From NCBI GenBank assembly GCA_964346325.1, contig CAYFUK010000001.1, forward strand, positions 1 to 40,885: a DNA stretch of 40,885 nt, written 5' to 3'. This document shows, one piece after another, positions 9,989 through 16,570 of this stretch; within the stretch, counting starts at the first letter, position 1, and each line of letters starts with the position of its first letter. Origin of the DNA: an uncultured Candidatus Peribacteria bacterium. Lineage in GTDB: Bacteria; Patescibacteriota; Gracilibacteria; UBA1369; PNNO01. Both the position numbers and the translations under genes were made by a program. Under the pieces are notes generated by a model that saw nothing but the letters and a program-made list of their open reading frames with translations, had not been told where the DNA came from and did no database searches.

Positions 9989-10213
9989 ATGGAATTAAAA
10001 TTCAACGCAAAACTCATTTCTCTTTTTATAGTTCGCATTTTTGAAGTCGCGATTCTGTATGCGGTGAATGTGTGGGTATGGTATAACTTTCCGCCACCAT
10101 ACAATTTTTGGCTTATAATATCTTTGATAGGATTATATGTTTTGTATGCGGGCGTGACTCTGTTTAACGATTATTACGAACTCACACGCGGCGAAGGCGA
10201 ACCAATGGAGTAA
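9989..10213 (+). CDS. small two-TM membrane protein (74 aa), last gene of the operon
   Basis: Two hydrophobic helices (LISLFIVRIFEVAILYAVNVWVWY and FWLIISLIGLYVLYAGVTLF) and an acidic tail. Starts 29 nt after the giant gene. An intrinsic terminator follows directly. Confidence 0.6.
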   Translation: MELKFNAKLISLFIVRIFEVAILYAVNVWVWYNFPPPYNFWLIISLIGLYVLYAGVTLFNDYYELTRGEGEPME

Positions 10214-10235
10214 ATTTCTTGTTGCCAAACAGCTG

Positions 10236-10268
10236 GTCCATCCCTAAACTTAGGGGTGGACTTTTTTT
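10236..10268 (+). terminator. rho-independent terminator ending the giant-protein operon
   Basis: GTCCATCCC (10236-10244) pairs with GGGGTGGAC (10253-10261): 9 bp including one G-U pair, with an 8-nt loop. T7 follows at 10262-10268. Confidence 0.65.
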
Positions 10269-10272
10269 GAGT

Positions 10273-10318
10273 ACTCGGTACCCTGGGGTACCCGGTACAT
10301 CCATTTACTCGGTAACCC
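10273..10318. promoter_or_regulatory. GGTACC-type palindrome and direct repeats upstream of ndk (operator candidate)
   Basis: GGTACCC-TG-GGGTACC is a perfect 7-bp inverted repeat at 10277-10292. ACTCGGTACCC (10273-10283) recurs as ACTCGGTAACCC (10307-10318). The ndk ATG is at 10327. Confidence 0.25.
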
Positions 10319-10326
10319 ACTTAATT

Positions 10327-10806
10327 ATGAACTTCGACGGAGTTGAAGAAAAAACACTTGTACTTGTAAAACCCGATGCTATCCAGCGCAGCTTAACAGG
10401 AGAAATCATCAACCGCTTTGAGCGAAAAGGCCTTAAACTTGTAGGAATCAAAATGATGGGCCTTGATGATGAGCTTCTCACAAGGCATTATTCTCATTTG
10501 GCTGATAAACCTTTTTTCCCCAGCCTTACCAAGTTTATGAAGAGTTCGCCTGTAATTGCAATGTGCTGGGAAGGGCTTGAAGTTGTTAATGCTGTGCGTG
10601 AACTTTGCGGAATCACTAAAGCAAGGGAAGCTGAAGCCGGCTCTATAAGAGGCGATTTTGCAATGAGTGTAAGTTGTAATGTTGTGCATGCATCCGATTC
10701 TGTGGAAAATGCTCAAACCGAAGTTAGCAATTTTTTCAAACAGGAAGAGATTCACGATTATGCGAAATCAGAATATGAGCATGTGTATGCCGAAGATGAA
10801 AAATAG
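10327..10806 (+). CDS. ndk: nucleoside diphosphate kinase
   Basis: Matches include KTLVLVKPDAIQR, INRFERKGLKLVG, SIRGDF and the active-site NVVHASDS. The start is set at ATG 10327 because the TTG-extended frame from 10219 runs through the upstream terminator. Confidence 0.9.
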   Translation: MNFDGVEEKTLVLVKPDAIQRSLTGEIINRFERKGLKLVGIKMMGLDDELLTRHYSHLADKPFFPSLTKFMKSSPVIAMCWEGLEVVNAVRELCGITKAREAEAGSIRGDFAMSVSCNVVHASDSVENAQTEVSNFFKQEEIHDYAKSEYEHVYAEDEK

Positions 10807-10813
10807 TCATATT

Positions 10814-11575
10814 ATGCACGTTATTTTAAACGGCAAACTGGTTGCTAAAAATAAAGCAAAGATCAGCGTATTTGATCGCGGCTTTAAGTTCGGGGATGCA
10901 ATTTACGAAACTTTAAGAACAATCAACGGCACTCCCTGGCTTTTAACGCAGCATCTTAAACGTCTCAGAAATTCAGCGAAAATTTCGGGAATAACAGTTC
11001 CTTTAAAAAATAATGAATTTGAGTATCACATAAAAAGACTTCATAAAAAAAACAACAACAAAGAATCCAGAATCCGAATAACTCTTTCAAGGGATCTCAC
11101 ACTTTTGATTGAAGCTGAAAAACTCACAAAACCCCACAATCTCAGTAAAGGCGTTTCCGCAATCACATACAAGGCCGAGCGTCCCAACCCCGGCATAAAG
11201 TCCACCAATATGCTTCCATCGATTCTGGCGCGCAGAGAAGCCGATAAAAAAAACGCCTACGAAGCACTGCTTGTAAATAAAAAAAATAATATTACCGAAG
11301 GTGCTTTTTCAAATATTTTTGCGGTAGAAAACGGGCGCCTTATAACTCCCAAAAACGGCATATTGGAAGGCACTGTTAGAAATTACATAATAAAAAAATA
11401 TCCAAAAGTCATGCAAAAATCGATTCCGCTCTCTAAAATCCATACCTACGACGAATTGTTTGTTACCTCAAGCACATTCGGTGTGGTTCCGATTATAAAA
11501 GTTGACGGGAAGCCTATAAACAATGGTACAATAGGTCGGATAACACAATATATTATTAAACTTTTGCCTCTATGA
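10814..11575 (+). CDS. pabC: class IV aminotransferase-fold protein, likely aminodeoxychorismate lyase
   Basis: N-terminus MHVILNGKLVAKNKAKISVFDRGFKFGDAIYETLR, the catalytic-Lys region IKSTNMLPSILARREA, and ELFVTSS. About 250 aa, directly overlapping the folP start. ATG 10796 is an alternative start. The pabC assignment rests on context. Confidence 0.65.
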   Translation: MHVILNGKLVAKNKAKISVFDRGFKFGDAIYETLRTINGTPWLLTQHLKRLRNSAKISGITVPLKNNEFEYHIKRLHKKNNNKESRIRITLSRDLTLLIEAEKLTKPHNLSKGVSAITYKAERPNPGIKSTNMLPSILARREADKKNAYEALLVNKKNNITEGAFSNIFAVENGRLITPKNGILEGTVRNYIIKKYPKVMQKSIPLSKIHTYDELFVTSSTFGVVPIIKVDGKPINNGTIGRITQYIIKLLPL

Positions 11576-12426
11576 ATGCCTCTATAAAACTTAAAAGCAG
11601 AAAGAAATTTCTAAAACTCGATAAACCGCTTGTAATGGGAGTTTTAAATGTAACTCCGGATTCCTTTTATGAAAAAGGAAAATTTGTTGATACTGATGCA
11701 GCACTTGCAAGGTATGACGAAATGGTTAAACAGGGCGCTGATATTATTGATATAGGCGGTGAATCCACGGGTCCGCGAAGTAAGGATGTTAAAGCCAAGG
11801 AAGAACTTGACCGCGTATTGCCCCTTTTAAAAAAAGCATGCAAAAAACGCACAAAATGCTGGACTTCAATTGACACCTACAAACCCGAAGTGGCAAAAGC
11901 CGCACTTAAAGAAGGCGTTGATATGATTAATGACATTCTGGCATTACGCCATGATCCCAAACTTGCAAAGCTTATCGCAAAAGAGCGGGTTCCGGTGGTT
12001 ATGATGTACAGCAAAGATGACACGGGCCGGACATCGGGCCGAAAAGTTAAGTATGATGATGTTGTTGAAGACATTAAAGATTTTTTGAAAAAGCGTATTA
12101 AAATTGCAAAGGAAGCCGGAATTTCTGATGAACATATTATTGTTGATCCGGGGCAGGGTGCTTTTGTTAGTACCGATTCTCAATACAGCCTTCAGATTCT
12201 TAAAAATTTAAAAAAGTTCAGAGCATTCGGCTACCCTATTCTTGTCGGGTCATCACGAAAATCTTTTATAGGAGAAGTTTTGGACCTGCCGGTTGACGCA
12301 AGGCTGGAAGGTTCGCTGGCATGTGCAGCGGTTGCTGTTATGAACGGTGCGTCAATAATAAGAACTCACGATGTTAAAGAAACAAGGCGCATAGTTGATA
12401 TGGTATGGGCGATTAAGAACTCTTAA
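11572..12426 (+). CDS. folP: dihydropteroate synthase
   Basis: VMGVLNVTPDSFYEKG, GADIIDIGGESTGPRS, DPGQGAF, LVGSSRKSFIG and IIRTHDV. Confidence 0.92.
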   Translation: MNASIKLKSRKKFLKLDKPLVMGVLNVTPDSFYEKGKFVDTDAALARYDEMVKQGADIIDIGGESTGPRSKDVKAKEELDRVLPLLKKACKKRTKCWTSIDTYKPEVAKAALKEGVDMINDILALRHDPKLAKLIAKERVPVVMMYSKDDTGRTSGRKVKYDDVVEDIKDFLKKRIKIAKEAGISDEHIIVDPGQGAFVSTDSQYSLQILKNLKKFRAFGYPILVGSSRKSFIGEVLDLPVDARLEGSLACAAVAVMNGASIIRTHDVKETRRIVDMVWAIKNS

Positions 12427-12430
12427 AGAT

Positions 12431-12643
12431 TTATCGTTGCCTCCAAACACCGTCTTCCGTTTTTTCAACAGCGGGATGAGTGGTTTTTGAACCCAGTATG
12501 TCGGCTACTTCTCTTGATATCGCAGGATCACCGTTTTGATAGCCGTGATCTCTATATAATCTGTCTGCGTGTGATTCCAAAATATCCCATGAATCGGTAT
12601 CCTGTTCAAAAGGATTTATGTCGGTTTCATTGTTGGTTTTCAT
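12431..12643 (-). CDS. small acidic hypothetical protein (70 aa)
   Basis: ATG-initiated ORF on the opposite strand between folP and the PTPS gene. No known motif. It shares an L-x-x-DHG-x-x-NG motif with the product of 17496-17918. Confidence 0.5.
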   Translation of the reverse strand: MKTNNETDINPFEQDTDSWDILESHADRLYRDHGYQNGDPAISREVADILGSKTTHPAVEKTEDGVWRQR

Positions 12644-12744
12644 AATTGATTTAGGGTTAGTTTACGTCGTGAATTTATACTTAAATCTGATTTGTGTCAA
12701 ATAACTTTGATTTTTTATTGTAAATAGGCCAGAATATACCCGCT

Positions 12745-13089
12745 ATGAAACTTACTAAAATTTTTACATTCGACAGTGCGCATTTTCTCCCCAACTATCA
12801 TGGGAAGTGCGAGAACATGCACGGCCATACATATAAAATGGAGGTTACCATTGAAGGCAAGCCTAATCCGGACGACGGAATGATTTTGGATTTTAAAAAA
12901 TTAAAGGAAATTGTAAATGAAAAAGTAATTGAAAACCTCGACCATAAATTGCTTAACGATATTGTTGAAAATCCTTCAGCTGAGTTTTTGGCGATTTGGG
13001 TTTGGGATCAGCTTAAAAACGACCTGAATTTAAAACAGATAAAAATTTACGAGACATCTGATTCATATATAACTTATGAAGGAAACTGA
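12745..13089 (+). CDS. queD: 6-pyruvoyl-tetrahydropterin synthase family protein (QueD/PTPS, with a Cys-Glu PTPS-III-like active site)
   Basis: FDSAHFLPNYHGKCENMHGHTYKMEVTIEG carries the C-x3-HGH zinc/catalytic motif, with Glu directly after the Cys. LDHKLLND also matches. 114 aa. Confidence 0.85.
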   Translation: MKLTKIFTFDSAHFLPNYHGKCENMHGHTYKMEVTIEGKPNPDDGMILDFKKLKEIVNEKVIENLDHKLLNDIVENPSAEFLAIWVWDQLKNDLNLKQIKIYETSDSYITYEGN

Positions 13090-13621
13090 AATTAAAATTC
13101 TCGGAATCCGTGGAAACGAAGTTGAGGCAAAGCTTGCAGAGCTCAATGCTGAAAAAACTTTTGACGGTTTGCTTAAAGTCAGATATTTGGATACTCCCGA
13201 TAATGAGATAAAAGATCGCGGTGATCTGTTGAGGATCCGTGATTTTACCGGAGATTTTGTTGAAATTTGTTATAAATCGAATAAAAGGGAAGAAAACGGA
13301 TGTAAAGTTTATGATGAAGTTCACTTAAGAGCCGATGATTTTGATGAAGCAACGAAAATGTTTGATAAACTCGGTTTTAAAGTAAGCACCTATTATGAAA
13401 AAAAGAGAAAGGTTTTTAAACTCGATAATGCAGAGGTTGTAATGGATCAATATCCGAAAATTGAGCCTTTTATAGAGATTGAGGCCGAAGATGCCGCTCA
13501 AATTGAAGAATTGGTGAAAAAGCTCGGGCTTGAAGACAATGAAAAATCTTCCGAAACAATAAACGGGTTACTGAAATCAAAGTATCCGGATATTGAATTG
13601 AATAATCTAACTTTTGATTAA
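13076..13621 (+). CDS. CYTH-domain protein (triphosphate tunnel metalloenzyme, class IV adenylate cyclase fold)
   Basis: The N-terminal ExExK signature is ETEIK at aa 3-7. LLRIRDF and EPFIEIEAED also match. 181 aa. The start overlaps the PTPS gene end by 14 nt. Confidence 0.8.
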   Translation: MKETEIKILGIRGNEVEAKLAELNAEKTFDGLLKVRYLDTPDNEIKDRGDLLRIRDFTGDFVEICYKSNKREENGCKVYDEVHLRADDFDEATKMFDKLGFKVSTYYEKKRKVFKLDNAEVVMDQYPKIEPFIEIEAEDAAQIEELVKKLGLEDNEKSSETINGLLKSKYPDIELNNLTFD

Positions 13622-13640
13622 AAAGTGCTAAATACGAAGA

Positions 13641-14123
13641 ATGTTTAAAGCTTACCTTGCATTGGGGTCAAATTCAGGAAAACGTCCGCATAATCTTGAA
13701 AAAGCAAGAAAATTGCTTGAAGAATGCGGAATTAAAATTACGAAAGTTTCGAAAATTTACGAAACAGAGCCGGTTTCGCGAATCAATCAGGGGAAATTTC
13801 TGAATCAATGCTTTGAAATCAAAACAAATCACGATCCCCGAAGATTGCTCTCAATTTGCCAAATGATAGAAAAACAAATGGGCAGAAAAAAGCTTCGGGC
13901 CAAAAAAATCGGGTACGAAAAACCCAGAATCATAGACATAGATATACTTTTATATGAAAACGGAATAATAAATAAAAAATTTTTAAAAGTTCCGCATCCG
14001 CGCATGCATTCGCGAAAATTTGTACTTGAACCCTTAAATGATATTGCACCCAGATTGGTGCATCCCGGGCAACGCAAAACAATCAACAATCTATTGAAAA
14101 ATATCAAAAAACCTCTAAATTAA
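13641..14123 (+). CDS. folK: 2-amino-4-hydroxy-6-hydroxymethyldihydropterin pyrophosphokinase (HPPK)
   Basis: AYLALGSNSG, IYETEPV, RIIDIDILLYEN and LKVPHPRMHSRKFVLEPLNDIAP. Confidence 0.9.
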   Translation: MFKAYLALGSNSGKRPHNLEKARKLLEECGIKITKVSKIYETEPVSRINQGKFLNQCFEIKTNHDPRRLLSICQMIEKQMGRKKLRAKKIGYEKPRIIDIDILLYENGIINKKFLKVPHPRMHSRKFVLEPLNDIAPRLVHPGQRKTINNLLKNIKKPLN

Positions 14124-14127
14124 AGGC

Positions 14128-14991
14128 ATGAACGACTTAACAGAGCTTGAAAAGAAGGCGACCCGGCTAAGGCTGCAAACAATCAATGCAATACACAAGG
14201 CCAAAACCGGGCATACCGGAGGGTGTCTTTCGGTTATGGATATCCTTGTTACGCTTTATTACGGCAAAATTGAAAATCAGCCTATTTTAAGGGTTGATCC
14301 CGAAAAGCCGGGATGGGAAGATCAGGATTATTTTGTTCTGTCAAAAGGACATGCTGCGCCGGCACTTTATTCCGTACTTGCCGACCGCGGATTTTTTGAT
14401 TCGGATGAGCTTAATTATTTACATCAGCTTAATGCCATGCTTCAGGGGCATCCACATCAAAAAATACCCGGAGTACCTGTAACAAGCGGCTCGCACGGTC
14501 ACGGCTTTGCCGCTGCTCACGGCCTTGCAATGTCACTGAAAATGGATAAAAAATCAAACAAGGTTTTTGCGGTACTGGGTGATGGTGAACTTCAGGAAGG
14601 TGTGGTGTGGGAAACCGCAATGTCGGCTGCGCATCATAAACTCGATAATCTTCATATTTTTGTTGATAACAACGAGCTTCAGGCCGACGGTTTTACAAGA
14701 AGCGTAATGAATGTTGAACCGATTGTTGAAAAATTCGAAGCATTCGGATGGCGTGTTGTCAAAGTTAGAAACGGCCATGATTATGAAGAGCTTTTAAGTG
14801 CGGTTGATAAGGTTTATTACGCTTCGCGAAAGCCAAATTGCATTATCTGCAATACAGTTAAGGGTAAAGGAGTTGAATTTGCGGAACGTATTACCGGTTA
14901 TCATAAAACCGCATTCAGTGAAGCGGAAATGAAAGAAGCAACAAAATCTCTTGAAGAAAAATTAAAAAAATTAACCGCCCGGAACAAATGA
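14128..14991 (+). CDS. tkt: transketolase, N-terminal (TPP-binding) subunit
   Basis: GHTGGCLSVMDILVTLYY, LSKGHAAPALYSVLADRGFF, GSHGHGFAAAHGLA and LGDGELQEGVVWE. Confidence 0.9.
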   Translation: MNDLTELEKKATRLRLQTINAIHKAKTGHTGGCLSVMDILVTLYYGKIENQPILRVDPEKPGWEDQDYFVLSKGHAAPALYSVLADRGFFDSDELNYLHQLNAMLQGHPHQKIPGVPVTSGSHGHGFAAAHGLAMSLKMDKKSNKVFAVLGDGELQEGVVWETAMSAAHHKLDNLHIFVDNNELQADGFTRSVMNVEPIVEKFEAFGWRVVKVRNGHDYEELLSAVDKVYYASRKPNCIICNTVKGKGVEFAERITGYHKTAFSEAEMKEATKSLEEKLKKLTARNK

Positions 14992-15458
14992 AACAATTTT
15001 TAATAGGAGTTTTCGCGGTATTTTTTATGTCTCCCTTCAGCATTCGGGGTGATTCAATGGAACCCGCTTTTTCGAGCGGCGACACAATAATGTTTGAATC
15101 TTTAACATATACAATGGACGAGCCCGAAAGAGGCGATATTGTTGTTTTTTACGGGACCGATGATCCGGAAAAAGTTTTTGTTAAGCGAATAATCGGAATG
15201 CCGGGAGAAGAAATACAGATTAAAGAAAGAATTATTTATATTGACGGAGAAAAACTTGCGGAACCGTATTTGGGAGAATTCAGGAAACTTGAAGATATGA
15301 GTAAAAGGGAATATGACGCTATAACCTATAAAGTTCCCGCGGAAAAATATTTTTTACTCGGCGACAACAGGGAGAAAAGCTTTGATTCCCGAACCTGGAA
15401 CGACCCTTTTGTGCCGCGTGACAATATATTCGGCAAGTATTACTTTGATGTTTATTAA
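14988..15458 (+). CDS. lepB: signal peptidase I
   Basis: Catalytic Ser box GDSMEPAF, Lys box VKRIIGMPGEEI, and LLGDNREKSFDSR. ATGA overlap with the upstream gene. Confidence 0.88.
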   Translation: MKQFLIGVFAVFFMSPFSIRGDSMEPAFSSGDTIMFESLTYTMDEPERGDIVVFYGTDDPEKVFVKRIIGMPGEEIQIKERIIYIDGEKLAEPYLGEFRKLEDMSKREYDAITYKVPAEKYFLLGDNREKSFDSRTWNDPFVPRDNIFGKYYFDVY

Positions 15459-15469
15459 CCTTAAATGAT

Positions 15470-15934
15470 ATGAAAAAAATTACATTACTGATCGGTATGA
15501 CCGCTGTTTTTATTTTTGTGTTTTCAGGATGTTCCGGAGGCGATGCGAATGCCGGGAATTTAAAAGAAGTTGTTTTTAAGACAGATACCGGTGACCATAA
15601 GTTTTTTGTTGAAGTTGCAGACGATAGTGAGGAAAGAAAGCAAGGTTTAATGCACCGTGAATCACTTGGAGAAGACAGAGGTATGATTTTTGTTTACGAT
15701 AACGAGCGCAAAGTCGCATTCTGGATGAAGAATACTTTGATTCCTCTTGATATGATATTTTTGGATGATGATTTTGAAGTGATTGATTATTTTACCGATG
15801 TGCCGCCGTGTGAGGCCGATCCATGTCCGCACTATATACCCAAACAGAATGCAAAATATATAATTGAGCTTAATGCCGGTAAAATCAGTGAAATAGATTT
15901 GAAAAGAGGAGATTTGGTTGATTATGAAAATTAA
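15470..15934 (+). CDS. DUF192-family protein, probable lipoprotein
   Basis: Lipobox FSGCSG. The DUF192 core reads RKQGLMHRESLGEDRGMIFVYDNERKVAFWMKNTLIPLDMIFLDDDFEVI. Confidence 0.8.
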   Translation: MKKITLLIGMTAVFIFVFSGCSGGDANAGNLKEVVFKTDTGDHKFFVEVADDSEERKQGLMHRESLGEDRGMIFVYDNERKVAFWMKNTLIPLDMIFLDDDFEVIDYFTDVPPCEADPCPHYIPKQNAKYIIELNAGKISEIDLKRGDLVDYEN

Positions 15935-15989
15935 TTAAGTTAAAATCGGTGCAAGTTTTACGCGCTCAATGTAGATTTTAAGCATAATC

Positions 15990-16452
15990 GATGGTGGTTA
16001 TCGCTTTGGAATTCAATGGCGCTTGACCATTGAGAAATGGAGGAACAATTGACTGGCGAAAAGAAACACCACGACAAAGGAAAGGCTTTTGCCAGCGAAC
16101 TGGGCCTGAACTGGAAATCGGTTTTGAATTCCAGTGAAATGGACCCTTATATTCTTGCGGAAACGCTGGAATGGATCTGGGAAAACAGACTTCGGCTCAG
16201 ATTCCTTAAGTTTTGGAGAGAAATGGATGACCTTTATGAGGTCAAAGAAAATGAAAGGCTGAGGGCTTTCATTAACATCGGCTATCCACTTCCGAAGGCC
16301 GTTGCAATGAATTGGAGGCTTTTTTCCGACTTCTATTCCGGCCTGACAACCATACTTGAGATGATTCCGCGACCCGAAACATCCTAAACGGGGAAATCCT
16401 GCCCGAAATCCTTCCATTTCTCAATTCCCCCTTTTGCCCTTGCAAAAGTTTT
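15990..16452. other. unassigned G+C-elevated segment: candidate structured RNA, MITE-like insert or orphan 116-aa ORF (16037-16387)
   Basis: Open on both strands from 16013 to 16417. A perfect 12-bp long-range complement joins 16030-16041 and 16413-16424. There are several local hairpins and a terminator-like hairpin at 16431-16452. I saw no match to a known RNA signature. Confidence 0.3.
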
Positions 16453-16570
16453 CGGTGAGGTTGCCCGGCAATGGAGGCTTACTTGGTAAGGGGACCTTGC
16501 ATAGCAACCCGACATACTTGACCTTTTACCGTTATTAATGCTATTAAATTAGCGCAATTAAAGCTTTTTT

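Noticed and set aside
10219-10326. TTG-initiated 36-aa extension of ndk.
   Set aside because: The extension is translated through the operon terminator hairpin and the GGTACC repeats. NDK homology begins right after ATG 10327.
10679-10813. Long N-terminal extension of the class IV aminotransferase overlapping the 3' end of ndk.
   Set aside because: Family homology starts at MHVILNGKL (10814). The extension is the out-of-frame shadow of ndk.
15935-16570. Assignment of the unusual spacer to a known RNA class: RNase P RNA, tmRNA, SRP RNA, or a TPP riboswitch ahead of the transketolase gene.
   Set aside because: On either strand I could not find GGAAAGUCC/ACAGAAxCCGGCUUA spaced as in RNase P, a tRNA-like 3' end with a GGUUCGAxUCC T-loop, or the CUGAGA...ACCUGAUCUGGAUAAUGCCAGCG core of a TPP riboswitch. 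It stays unclassified.
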